A DNA stretch of 62,121 nt, counting the filler, from Sphacelaria rigidula (lineage: Eukaryota), in assembly GCA_964200075.2 (NCBI GenBank). It is 10 parts of 10 records of this genome, joined end to end, with 100 filler letters (N's around TTAATTAATTAA, not from the genome) between each part and the next. Parts side by side here need not be neighbours in the genome. Positions count along the whole stretch, not along the records: positions 1 to 6,123 come from CAXNAA020022088.1; positions 6,224 to 12,346 come from CAXNAA020022089.1; 8 more parts are not named here. One strand, written 5' to 3'. This document shows, in pieces, positions 1 to 12,346 of the stretch. The position numbers were made by a program, and so were the translations under genes. Positions within the stretch are counted from its first letter, which is position 1; the number at the start of each line of letters is the position of its first letter. The notes beneath the pieces were generated by a model. It was given only the letters and a program-made list of their open reading frames with translations, was not told the origin of the DNA and ran no database searches.

Positions 1-1009
1 CTTGTGAACATGACCACATATATAGTGGGGTACATTTATGCCCGAATTTCCCCCGAGCACTACATGTTCGTGTTATCAACTAGGGTTTACTATAGGATGG
101 TGACCTGACAAAAATTCGGGGGATGGAAGGTCGGGCCTACATCAAATGCAAGTAAATGATGAAAAATTCGGGAATCCGAGCCTCGACAACGTGGGCCTTC
201 TTTTGCTTCGACGGCTTTTTTGTGGGCCAGGGACAGGGTACACCATCTTTGCACTGGCATCACTCCCGGCAACAGCCCCCTACCCCCCCCCACTGGTCGT
301 CTTGATGTGGTCGATAAATTTCGCCCCGCCCAGATTGGAAAGGTCGCTAACATGAATGGGACGCTGAACGATAGAGTACCAAAGCCGAAGGCGTAATGGA
401 CATGGTTGAGGCAATACAAAGAAAAGATAGAACGCTCCATTCTTGGTTATATAGTGGTGGAGAATGGAAGTAGTGGAGAAATGGAAGACTTGTTTATTAT
501 TATTTTACTAACACGTCGTGAACATAGTGTTAGTGAGCTTCAGTCCCAAAAGGGTAAAACCCCATGTCTAGTAATTCCTCTACCTAACGGAGATGGCGTC
601 CATACTAAAATTTCTATGAAACCCCCGATCGATGCATTCAGCGGATGACGAATTTTGGTGTGGACATTCTCTGGAGCAAGGGGAGACGATAGATACCCTC
701 AACATCACCTAATTCGTTATATATCGCGAGGTATGGCGCACATAAGTTCCCATACAAAAATCATTATACTACGGGCAGAGGCACTAGATGCCCTGAACCT
801 GGATATCGCGTCTCAGTTTTTGAGAGTTGTTCCAAAAATACGTGTGGTGAACCGCTAGTGCATAATAAAAAATAAAAACAGCTTGTTACGTTTTTTCATT
901 TTTTTCATTTTTTTCGTGTTTCTAGTGGAGTTTTGAGGAGAAATAACGTTGCTCTTAGGCCTCATCTCAAGGCTTTAGCTCAATTTCTAGAATTGTGATT
1001 TGAAAGTTA

Positions 1010-1600
1010 GAATGGAGAACCACAAAAGTGTGCCGAATGAAAAAAAAACATGGGCCTTCAATTTTCTCCATAGATGACAGGGCGTTACCGTGAATAAATG
1101 GCCTTTACCATACTAGAACGCCGTAAACCAGTGAAAAAAAAATGAAAAAAACCTGATCCACTGAGTGTTGTTAATTATGCCTGATGGAGCGCCCACACAA
1201 AATTTCAATTCACGAAAACCGAACGTGGGCCGGTGAGTGGCCTTCGAGATATTGTTCCGAATTTCTAGCGATCCGGTTCTGAAAAGGCGTTTGCTCACCC
1301 CAATATTTAGAGTTGGAGCGTAATAATTGGTATGGACAATGCATGGGGTATTAAAAAACAATAACCTCGGCACCAAAAGTTTTTTTTCTTTCATGAGTCG
1401 AGGGCAATAATCAGTTTTCAGGTATCAGTAAAATGCCCTTAACTCATGAATAAAAAAAAAACTTTTGGTACCGAGGTAATTTTTTTCAAATGCCCCATGC
1501 AGTGACCATACCAACTTTTATGCTCCAACTCTAAATATTGGGGTGAGCAAACGCATGCGAACTTCAAATCCGCCTCTAGGCTGGCCGAGCTCGTACAGAA
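1010..1600. repeat. Dispersed non-coding repeat (module A) followed by a foldback hairpin
   Basis: About 1010-1285 matches the reverse complement of about 31200-31470 and 43150-43398 (e.g. cccacgtttgg...gaaat(t/c)ttgtgtggg...ggcataat). Imperfect inverted repeat with arms 1287-1406 and 1434-1554. 1561-1596 resembles 31703-31738. Confidence 0.85.
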
Positions 1601-2091
1601 GTGGCAGTACTGTCGGGTACGGTAGATACCCGGGAAAATATTCCGGGTACACAGAAAACCGTACCCTACACAACACAACCTTGGGAATTCTAGCGGGGAG
1701 GCGACCGCTTCGAGCGTTCTCTCCGCATGTTTTCGTAATTACCCTGTGTATCTATACTACGCTCATCTTAGTTTGTTGCTGCGCCACAAAGGCCACTTCT
1801 AATAGATGATTTTACCTATGGTTATCAATGGCTGCCAACAAAAGCATCCAGGATCCCACCACGTGGACCGGATTAGCACCCGTTGATCATAGGACGATAC
1901 AGTGTAATCGCGAGCAGGTTCTTCGGCTTCTAAACCTCGCACACACGCTACATAGTCTGCAAGGGGTAGTCAGAAAAAAATTAGATAAGTAGATTTAATA
2001 AAAATTCAAAATCTTAGAAATGATTTTAAAATCATTTGTTTTAAAAAATATAATATATGGGGGAAAAAGTAACGAGTATAATAAAATAAGC

Positions 2092-2195
2092 AATAATGTT
2101 CAATTCTAGAGCGAGTTTCATTTCTTCTTGCCCAACAATAGCTGTAAAAGGAAAAATAGGTGTTTCATTTTATTTGATTTTCCTTGATTATTCAT
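2092..2195 (-). pseudogene. chlI: Mg-chelatase subunit I, 5' fragment with frameshift
   Basis: Minus strand reads MNNQGKSNK, then after a frameshift NETPIFPFTAIVGQEEMKLALELNII, matching the conserved ChlI N-terminal motif FPFTAIVGQEEMKLAL-LN-I. Truncated before DPKIGG. Confidence 0.9.
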
Positions 2196-2269
2196 TATTA
2201 GTTACTTCCTATAATAAAATATTATTATTATGTTAGGATCTTTGAAAAATGAAGGTAATAATCGCTAAA

Positions 2270-2512
2270 ATCAACTGAAACACCTAAAATTTCCGTATCT
2301 AACGAATAAAATTCGTCAAAACGATCACTAGATGATGATATTTCTGTTGGGAAAACAAAAGTAAAATCTAAAGGATAAAAAAAAAGAGTAACCTATATAT
2401 TTTTCTGATAATCGGATAGTCGAATTTTTCCAAATTATTCTTGAAAGACTGCTGTTACTTCAAAATCAGGGGCTGATTTACCAACTTGGGCAAAATTATT
2501 AATATCAATCAT
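2270..2512 (-). pseudogene. ycf42: 2-Cys peroxiredoxin (plastid ycf42/bas1 type), 5' part, pseudogenised
   Basis: [79 protein letters not shown]. This is the Prx1 motif [15 protein letters not shown] with Phe at the peroxidatic Cys position, two in-frame stops and a 3' truncation. Confidence 0.9.
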
Positions 2513-3399
2513 AGTATTAAAAACTTCTCTATTTATAAATTTATAAAAAACAATACATAATTAGTCATTTAAATTTAAAACAAGCCATATTTGTTTCAAT
2601 CATTTGAAAAAAAATTACTATTATTTTGATAATAGTTACTATTAATTATTAAAACAGAATTCAAGGTTTATAATAAGCAATAGGAATAACTTATAATTTT
2701 TCAAAATTATTTATATTTTTTCTTCAAAAAAGAAACTTCATTATAAAAACTATGGTTATAATTCTCTCTCTCTCACTCTCATCGCCAACGCATGTATTTT
2801 CCAGGACAGCGAACCATGACACCGACGCCTGTAATTCTGTATGCTGTGGGCCAATTATCGGGCCTGGCATCTATAGTACAACCATCCACAGACGACACGA
2901 TACTTCGATCACCAACTGCCGACTCATAGCTCACACACATATATCGCGTACACGATCTGCCTCACCTCTTGCTGACCACCTTGCATTAGCCCAATGACCA
3001 CGCACGCTGACTCCACTGCTTTATCCCGCACGACGGTCTCCTCCATGGCCGCCAGGTTTTCCAAGCTTACCGTCATCATTATCATCATTGCACATCATCA
3101 ACGTGTGCAAAAATACAAGCAAAACATGCCGTAGGGAAGGGGAACGACGTCTGTGCTACTGTACGGTACAGATATGTGTCACATACGGTATTCAATGCCT
3201 GCGACATAGATTAGTATATCCTGCCTAGTGTATTTCATGTATTGGAGACAACGTGTTTGTTTGACGGGGTGAAATGGTCAGGCCCCCTTACGGTTGGAGC
3301 TTGGTTGTTGAGAGACACTCTCACGAGGGGGGAAAGGCGTAATCTGGGCTCGACACCACCAGTACTTTTGGATCCCCTGATGGGTATGGTCATTAAAAG

Positions 3400-3850
3400 A
3401 CACGCTTGGTGTTGCATCGACGGCTACAGTCTGGCCCCCTGTGCCGGCATAGCGGCATTAGTTGGGTGCACAGCTCAATGTATAGCGACAGGGCAACTCA
3501 GCTCGTTCAAGACACGAATGCCAACGTTGGCGCCGTTCAGAAAAAAAGTAGTCTGGCCCAAAGCAGCATCACGGTTGTCAAGTTACGAGAACAAACATGA
3601 ATCGTATCACCTGAGCAGCCGTGACTATCAGCACCATGCGGCTTTTTTAATTTACAGTAACCATCGTTTCTGGGCATAACTCATGCTCCACAGGGAAGGA
3701 AAGACGGCTGTTGGTGTCGACGTGTAGGAGACACAAAGGCCATTCAAGCCATCCTGCTTTAGGCCGGAGCGTCGTCGTGGTTACCGCGCTTTGGAACAGA
3801 GCTTGGTTGCACATAGCGCAAGTGTTGCAACCATGGAAACGTTCGGGGGT
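3400..3850 (-). mobile_element. Possible heavily decayed copia-like integrase remnant
   Basis: Minus strand gives CNTCAMC...PLCLLHVDT, resembling the CxxC and PLELVHxD start of copia integrase. Many disruptions. Confidence 0.3.
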
Positions 3851-4594
3851 AACCTGCCAAGAGCACCAGTGACACGACCAAACACGTCACGATCGTTTTA
3901 CCCGAATTTCACCCCACTCGCCTAAAATGGGTTCGTGTGATCTCTGCACACCCATCTTCACTCAAATCACCAAAACCTTCATCACCAGATATGATAATCC
4001 ACATTACCGGCATAAAAGACCTCCCAACGTAGTCAAACATGTCAAGAATAAAAACGACGGATGCACTCAACACAAAGAGGAAGTCACCTTGGTAAGAGAA
4101 GGGCAGCGTGTGCTGGTCCTCCAACCGCCGGAACCAGCTGCCCCAGCGCTTCCGCGAGAGCAAGCAAGATCTCATCGTCATCCTCCAATATGGCTGTGGT
4201 TGATTACACGCAGATGGCGTGAGAAAAAAATAGTCAGTAATATAGGAAACTATTACAGCACGGTACAGTACAGTACAGTGATTACAGGGGACGAGTAAAC
4301 ATGTATAGAGGTAAACGTACCAATTGAGGTACGCGTAAGGCACCTGACGGGAAAAACTCTGGTTTGTGGACACCACGACACGTAGAACAATGCCCAGAGT
4401 ACCCGGAGAGAGGCAATTAGATATTTCATCACCTAAGCTTCTCAAAATTGAAAAATAATCAAACCAAGTCACAGGAGTAGATGTGGAGTATGGCTCTATT
4501 GACGTGAAAAATGGGGCAAAAATATCCCCCGTTTCAATTACGGTACACTTTACGCAGCAGTTGATTTCTCGCGACCGTAGACGTTTCAGACCAT

Positions 4595-5590
4595 CTCGTT
4601 TGGTACAAATGATTTTTAGATTAGTGCGGTCCGTTTTCAACAAAAAAAAGGAAGAGAATTTTAATCCGGGGATGAAAATCGCCCATCCCCTGTTTTTCGG
4701 AACAAATTTCGCCATTAAGTCGGTGCTTGGCGTACTCGACGAAAACTAATGTTTTTTCTTTTCTTTTCTTCTTCAACCCATCGAAATACGTTTTGATAGT
4801 AATCTCCCGAAATTTCGTGCTCATCGGTTATGATTAAGGTACTCCATCACGCATGTTGAGTGGTGCCCCCTAATCATTCATTTTTCACCAGAAATCGATA
4901 ATGACTACGAAAATGGGACACCTGGGACGTTTCAGGCCTCCTCTTTTGGTACAAATAAGTATGACCCTAGTGCAGTCCATTTTGCAAAAAAAAATCCGGG
5001 GATGAAAATGGCTTATCCCCTAGTTTTCGTCTGTGTTTGGCAACGCCGTACTCGACGGAAACGTTTTGATAGTAATCTCCCAAAATCTGGTGTTCATGCC
5101 TTACGATCAAAGGACCATGATGCACGTTGAGTGATGCTCCCTCATCACCATAAATCGACAATGCTGCGAAAATGGAACATCTAGAGCCAGGACGTTCCAG
5201 GTATTTTCCTCCGGCACAAACCTTTACGCATCGCAATGCATCACCATGCCTCGCGATGCATCACTTTCTGGCATCAAAGAGGGAAAAGAGGCAATTCCGG
5301 GAATAAATTGGCCTATGCCCGGATTTTCGGAACAAAGTTGAGCATTCTCCTCCGTGTTTGGCAACGCCGAACTCGACGAACACGTTCGCAGAGCTTTAAG
5401 CTTTCTGTTTGTTCAGAGCTACCCAACCAAGTGGGATTAGTTTCGACATAATTGTCGCAAACATTTGGTGTTCGACGGATGTCACCAAGTTGCAATGAAA
5501 CACGTTTGCTGCCCCCCCGCCCCCTCCTCCACCCCCCCTCCCACACACACACAAAATTCTCGCCAAAATCGACAATGACTACGAGAACGG
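4595..5590 (+). repeat. Diverged tandem array, about three units of roughly 280-350 bp
   Basis: Ordered recurring blocks ccggg(g)atgaaaat, (g)tactcgacg, acgttttgatagtaatctccc and aaatcga(c/t)aatg in units at about 4595-4940, 4941-5220 and 5290-5590. Confidence 0.75.
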
Positions 5591-6123
5591 CAGACGTGGC
5601 TCGCAGACAGCAGCGAGCACGAAACAGAGCAAGCCAAGCAGCGAAAACTTCGCCTAATCTTTCTCGGCGATGACCTTCCACGCCCTGGTCCCTTGCGGAG
5701 TAACACCTACGGCGAAGATATCCACGAGTGGCGGGTGTAAGGGGCGAGGGGCGGGGAGGGGGTTGGGGGGGGCACGGTACAGAGTAAACAACGTTTTCGT
5801 GAGATTGATAGTAGAATGCTCATTGAGAGCGGCTTTGATCATTCGCTTCAACTATGCTAATTTTTCATTCCGTGTCTGCTTTTCTTTGTCTCTATCACTA
5901 GCGTGTGCTTACAGCTACACGTCGATATCCTACTCAGGGATATCAAGGGCCTCAGTGGCGAGCTACTAAATAAAGCATATCGGGCCTCACGGAGGTGCAT
6001 TTCGGAACTGAAACTATTCAGTCGCTAATTGACTGCTTTTCAGTCTCGATCGTATCCTCTACTCTCAATCTCACGAAAACATTGTTAGTAGTACGTCGAG
6101 TATCGGGTGGTACGCCCAGTACT

Positions 6124-6223
6124 NNNNNNNNNNNNNNNNNNNNNNNNNNNNNNNNNNNNNNNNNNNNTTAATTAATTAANNNNNNNNNNNNNNNNNNNNN
6201 NNNNNNNNNNNNNNNNNNNNNNN
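6124..6223. other. Artificial contig spacer (first of nine)
   Basis: 44 N + TTAATTAATTAA (stops in all six frames) + 44 N. Identical spacers at 12347-12446, 18570-18669, 24793-24892, 31015-31114, 37237-37336, 43459-43558, 49680-49779 and 55901-56000. Contig lengths fall 6123 to 6122 to 6121, i.e. size-sorted concatenation. Confidence 0.99.
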
Positions 6224-6644
6224 GCGCAGGCGGGGGGGGGGGGGGCGGGGGGGGGGGGGGGGCGGGGGGGGGGGGGGGGGGGGGGGGGGGGGCGCTGGCT
6301 ACTAGGATGCGGAGCGGTTAAGATCTTCGAGAAGAGTGTATTGTAGACGTAGTGCGGATGCGACCGCGTACAGTACGAAAGACGTCGACATGACTCGTGA
6401 GTCGCAGGTGACCAGGAAATTAGTAGCTTCACAGGTTGCACGCAAGCTGTCGACGTCGCCACGGCTTGACGCGCTGTGATCTATAGCAAACGTCCTCCCC
6501 TTCAGCTCCTGTGCATGGATGTTTCCGAACATGGTGTGTTTATATTTCCACCTACAATAATTCCCAAACGGCAGTGGATATCACTACTTTGGTTTAGCCT
6601 GAAAATGATGGCTACATCGTGGAGGGCTTTTTTGCTATTTTTAC

Positions 6645-9600
6645 CTGCAGTTAGTGAGATGAATAAACCGATTGCCGATGTCCCCCTTCTCGTATAGGTG
6701 GGTGCTGAGGCGCGCGAATCCTTCCTTGTATATGAACGCTTCCAGGCTGTGACACCAAACGTGATAAGAAGGGATGACGACAGGCTTGCTTTTGGGGCAA
6801 CGTTCGTTATAACCGCAGGTCCAAATGAACGAAGATTGAGCAAGTCCGTCCAACAACCGACAGAAACACCGCATGTATGCATTAACATGTAGGTACTGTC
6901 TATCCGAAATATTTTGAACTATCAAGAGTTGGACTGGGCATATACATCGGAACTACAGGTACAGGAGTCGTTCTAAACTATGGGATGAGCGCAGCATAGT
7001 CAAACCTGTGCCATCGTGTGTGATAATAGCGAAGTGTTACAGGCAAGACTTCATCACGTGGTAGAAGTTAGCAAGGCAGTGATACAGTCCCCACCACGTA
7101 TTGAACACCGATACACTTGCAAACGACACTCATCACGCACCAGCCCACAAGACTGCTACTCAAAAAGATCGAGCTACCCATCTTCTCATCGAAATTCGGA
7201 AATACCGTGTGCTGTAGCAGCTCCAATAAACACAACGTTCCAGGGGGTATCGCTGTATCCGTAGTCCGTGTGCAACGTTCTATCCATGTACCGGAGCTGC
7301 GAAGGACACTTGGATACTCACCAATTGAAGGACGTGACGAGAACGTACAGCCGAAGGTCGAACTTGTACCCATCGAGAAGCAAGGGGTTTCCTATGTATC
7401 TTTGAACCACGACCTGTTTTCAAAAGTCAACAGCCCACGGGAACACACATCATCCTCGTTGTAGCTCAACCGATATTTTCGTTAATCCACTTATGAGATT
7501 GATGTGTACGTGTGTACTACCGGCTGTATTTTCAGGTTCACAACCGAGGACACATATCCCGCACAGTAGCTCCGAACTAAATCGTGTTGAACCCCTCCAA
7601 CTACGGCCTACTTGAGGGGCTGGGTTTCAGCTCTATGGAGAGTTATAGTTGGAGTAAAAGTTCGCACGTTGGCGTGCGCCCGCTTATGTCAGGTTTGACT
7701 TGCCCGTGGTCCGATAATATATGATCCAAGGTTCGTGAAAACACTGACCTATTCTGGGTAATGAATATATCCACGCCTTGAGTCCTATTTTGGGTGGACA
7801 CGGCGGTACTATGTCCAAAGCGCTGTAATCACCCACAATGATAGACCATCTACGGTGACTGTCAGCGGGTGGGCAAAGATTTGTTTCGCTTCACGTCGGC
7901 TGTACTGATTTGATCTCTTGCCTACTAGATTTGACGTGTTGCCTACTAGGTGGTCGACATCAAGGATACGTACGCTCTATTCAAACAAGATGTAATTTCC
8001 AAGCGTTGCTTGGACGGGTTCAGAAGGCATGTTAAAAGCCTTGCGCTCTAATAGACAACGGATGATAGATAGTCAACTCAAGTGTACCACAAAGTAGACC
8101 AAGGTGGGGTCAAAGAGTTGAGCCAGCCACACCGCCATTTTCACGAAGCCTTCAACGCAGAGTTGAGATATTTTGCGCAGGCTAGTCAGGCGACCTGTGA
8201 ATCATTCACCACACTTCGCGAGGTGTTTTCGACGAACTTAGAAGGATGCGCAACTGCAGCCGAGCAGATCATGCGCGGACTAAATTCAATTATCTTTATT
8301 GTGCACCGGACAGAATGCTCCGTCCAGTACAGATCAAGCATACTGGTGTTTGACGAAAAGAAATTGACCCCTATGCCCGCGGCACGTGTGAAGTAATGAT
8401 AGACACTCCGGGACCGAATGGCAGCGGTTACCTCATCGTATCGAATGGTAGGATCGCTGCAGCATTGATAGCATCAAAGCGTACAGTGGCACGATCCCCA
8501 CACTTTCTCGATTTCCTTTATTCATTAGCGGGGCAATACAAACGGCAGCAGACGCCCCATCACCCATCTTAACCGTGAATACCATCCGTTGATTTTGCGT
8601 CCTTGTAGGGATCGCCTATAGACGCACATATGGCACCCGCTATGATGTTGGGGATATATATGTTCATGTTTTGAAAGGTCTGGAACAGATCTGTGAATCT
8701 AGCGCACACCGTCCGCATCAATAGTAGCCTACCTATGAAGATAACTGAGGCAGGAAATTTTCGCATCTCAATGCGTACAGTAATAACAGAGAGTTACGGA
8801 ACTCGCTGTACGCACAATCTTCAACATCCATTGCCCTTCTTTGGCTGGCTTGCTTGATATTAGAATTGAAATAGCATCGACAACGGAAATGAACACGATA
8901 TCATTTATGTTTGATCTCACAGACTGACCTTGTCGGAATAGCGGATATTCTTGATATCATCCACCAACCGTATCCCCCTGCCCCGTGACATCCCCACCGG
9001 TTTCATGATCCACACGTCCTTCGAGTTTCCTCTCGTCTCTCGTTCGGAAGATCCCAAATCGTCGAACGCTGTCTCGCCCGGTTTCTCACCCTCGCTATAT
9101 TTCCCTCTTGAGTCTGTAGCAACTTAATCGCCGAACGCGGATTTGGGAAGGAAGACGACTACACCTAAGTAACCGCACCGAACATAGATGTGTTGCAGAT
9201 GCCTCGCAGTGGAACATACGCAAATGCGGGAACGTCGATGAGACCTGGTTGGCAAATGAACAGGATAGCGCCGCTTCTCATAGAGTGGGAATTGCTTGCT
9301 CGGATTCCCGAGGTTTTGGGACGTTTCATCCCCCTGTTGACCCCCAAACCGGAAATGTCCCCGCCACATGTCGCTGCCACTACGCAATATTTTACTGAGA
9401 GGAATCTAGTTGACATTTCCCACTCGCTAGACCGCTGTGCCTCGTAAACAGCCACATGCCAACAACCCAGCGGAAAATGAAAACAATATGACCAGGTGAA
9501 TATTTTTGAAGAAACGCAACTAACTTCGACATCTTCCTGTCCAGTTGAGTTTCTGACAAGTGACCGTTCAGGAAAAATATGAGGCTTATCATTCAGAGAA

Positions 9601-11775
9601 AAAAAAAGGGTCAACGCCTCTCAGTGAGATGGCGCATCGTGCCGATCAAATGTGGTCACGATATTGCGTGTTTTGGTGCCATGAACGCTATAAAACGTTC
9701 CAAAGTACACTATATTTAAAATTCATTCAAGTTCTGAACAGAACGGCCTATTTGAGGGGGCCATCGCATGTCTTGTTAAGCTTCATCGACGGTATACACG
9801 AGGGAAGTACAGATTTGAAGCGCGGAACTCGTGTTGCACGTGAAACGAATAGTGTTGCCTTTAAGCCGACATTCGTGCACCATTCTGATGAGGCAATACT
9901 ACTGGAGCGCGTCGCCTTGGTGAAGCCACGCTACATGGTGCACGCGGTGCATACGAAGACGTTGTGCCCTTAACTCGAGCCTGGTGTCAAGTATACCGCG
10001 TGGTGGGAACTGGCGTCAAGTGCGTTGTGCATGTGCTTACTCTGGAGTGGTCTCAAACATGGCCGCGGATGTAACGGCACAGTAGCCTGCGGATCGCACT
10101 GTACCTCGGGACGTGAAGGCGGCCACGAAGAGGGTGAACTCGTGAGGAAGGACGAAGGTCTGAGGCATGATGTGGAATTCCCTTGCTAGCGTTCCGCCTG
10201 GGGCCATCATCCTGTGACACGGACGGTTTTGGTAAAAGAAAAAAATGTACTGCCGGTGGCCGAAACAAGGATAAACCATTTCAAACACTCCAGAGTGCTG
10301 TTGTGAAGACATGGCAACGAGACCCTTGAGTTGAAATCCGTAAATGTGCACTGCTTCAAGACGCGAAGTGTGGCGAACGTGGGTCGAAACTACGCATCAA
10401 TGTTCAAGTATTCGCTCACCAGGTACACATCAGTAAAAACGCGTACGTCCTATAGCTCACGGTTTATCTAGACTTCGTCACTGCTGTGTCTCCTGGCTCA
10501 CTGGTGGGTAGGCTCAGTCAATGGGGAAGACGAAATTGAAGTCGAAAAGTAGTTGGCATCTGTCGCTCATCCTGAAAGCGTTGTAATTGAGCTCTACTTA
10601 AACGGTTTCAAATATCCATGCATGTATGTTTTGTCATTTGGTATCATTTGCACCCGTGTCACGCTGAAATCGCATTGCTTCCACAGTAGGCAGATTTACT
10701 GTCCTCGGCGCGGTAATCACGTCAAATTGGTCAACGTCTCACCTTGATATGTGCTTGTTGAGGAGATCCTTTCTCGTCAGTTCTCGCGAGTTGGGGAAGT
10801 GATTCACCTTCAGCACGGAGAACATTTCACGGAAGTTTTGAGGTCCCTTGCGATATTTTCAGTACATCACGCGTGATGGAGAAACGCTTGACCATGTTTG
10901 AAAGCCCACTGTCACACCCCCTCACTCACAACTGGAGCGCCGGTGTCGCTGTTGCCACGAGCTAGCAACTACGAAGTAGATGAGATACCATACGCTTGAA
11001 GCGATGTCGACAACGAGGACTGAACGCGCATTTGTCTTCGTGCGTATTAAGAACTTCTCGGTATGAGCGGTCGACACCTGCTTTTCAACACTGTTTTAGA
11101 TCGGCCATTTCTTCCTGTGCTTTGCTTCTGTTGATTTTGTTTCTTCACGTCTTAGTTCCCTCTGTCGCTCTGTTCGACTTTTTCTGTTCCTTCTTTTTCT
11201 TCAGCTAGTGTGTCAGTTTTGCTTTGCTCGGGTGCGTCTATCATATGACTACGGCTGGATCCCTGGGAGGTCAGTTCAAGTGCGACAATCAATCATCAAA
11301 ATCATCCAAAACTTTCCATAGTACGTCATAGCACAGCGACCGTCTCGATGCGTTCCCACAAACTTGTACCAAGGAGCCAAGAAAGAGTTTCGCCGGGGCA
11401 GTTTTCACGCAGCGAAGCCAAAAAAAACAAATCTGGGATCTCAAACGTTTCGATTTGGGGCTCATTACAAGTTTCCAACTCGAGTTACTGGTGTTCTATT
11501 TCCGTTGACTTCGACGCGGTCCGCATCTACGATGCTGGTAACGTTTGCTCTGTAACTCAGAAGGAGAGTGCTGCCAATACTTCACGAATTGGATACTTAC
11601 TTGCACAGGGAAAAAAGAACATTATCTCCAAATGGCGTTGTGATTTTGCGTGTGGCTTGCCTTCTGCCAGAAGAGCAGGCTGCTGTATTGGATGTGGGGC
11701 TTGGACCAGGTCCACAGTAGATTCCACGTCGTCTTCAGCCCAAGCCCCGTCGGCAGCTCCTCCCATTGCTCGAAC
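6645..11775 (-). CDS. TTLL: Tubulin-tyrosine ligase-like protein (probable tubulin glutamylase), internal part. Exons 11775-11661, 10807-10743, 10211-10105, 9113-8929, 7413-7322, 6746-6645
   Basis: Six exons (666 nt) splice in consistent phase to [66 protein letters not shown]...[14 protein letters not shown]...|...[92 protein letters not shown]. The TTL-family motifs QKVNHFP, WIMKP, GRGI, KFDLR and HLTN occur in order. No start or stop exon was identified on this contig, and the subfamily cannot be fixed by eye. Confidence 0.95.
11230..11295 (+). mobile_element. 3' end of a non-LTR retroelement with (CAAT)n-type tail, within a TTLL intron
   Basis: tatcat..ac(c/t)acggctgga(t/c)ccctggg(a/g)ggtcagtt.aagtgcgacaatcaatca. 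Further copies at 25492-25560 (+), 25003-25082 (-, longer tail) and a relative at 25345-25397. Confidence 0.65.
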
Positions 11776-12099
11776 CTAGCACGAGTAGATATTCGTCCCA
11801 CGAAAACGCAATTCCACAAGGCACTCAACCCGCGATAACTTTTCCACTTATAGCTACCAATGCGCAAACGACTGTGTGTCATAGGCGAGTTGTTTTATCA
11901 CTATATTGTTTAAGTAGCAGCCCAGCACGTGTAATTTGTTCCACTTGTTGTTCCACATCAGGGCTGTCCTTGGGGTATCACAGACACGCCCGATACCTTT
12001 GCAAAATATGACTAGAGAACACATCATGACATGGCCCCAGCCTGCGGGAACATTTTGGCGAAATTATCTTCCCCCAAAATCAATTACTATACAAGAAGG

Positions 12100-12346
12100 A
12101 ACGGGACGTGCTAGAGAGGAAAATGCGGGACTTGAACGAAAGTGGCATGAATTCGTTTGATGCACTAGACAGTAGCAACAAAACGATGGCTATAGTAGGA
12201 CATATATGGTGGCCACAGACGGCGAAACAGGACGATAGGATATGTAAAAGGTTTTTGTGTAATGTATGGAAGAAACGTGATGAGCGCCGGAATGTTGAAG
12301 GTGTCTCTATTAGGAGTAGGAACGGTGCTCCGTCTCTAAAGGGATG
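12100..12346 (+). mobile_element. LINE 3' fragment
   Basis: RDVLE..MRDLNESGMNSFDALDS...WWPQTAKQD.DRICKRFLC...GVSIRSRNGAPS, homologous to the C-terminal end of the LINE at 56083-56375 (-). Confidence 0.85.

Larger units (their letters stand above)
1965..2760 (-). other. Nuclear insertion of plastid DNA (NUPT), mosaic and decayed
   Basis: Abrupt, very AT-rich block within otherwise balanced-GC DNA. Contains fragments of two genes that are plastid-encoded in red-lineage plastids (chlI and ycf42). Confidence 0.88.

Noticed and set aside
2196..2269. Possible psaM remnant between the ycf42 and chlI fragments
   Set aside because: Only a few hydrophobic residues resemble it, which is insufficient without alignment.
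6168..6179. TTAATTAATTAA recurring about every 6.2 kb, resembling a periodic motif or array
   Set aside because: It is embedded in fixed N runs and is an artificial linker. ORFs containing X that cross it are artefacts.
6224..6292. Poly-G tract and the proline-rich ORF 6172-6462
   Set aside because: It sits at a contig edge and is probably low-complexity sequence or a sequencing artefact. No coding support.
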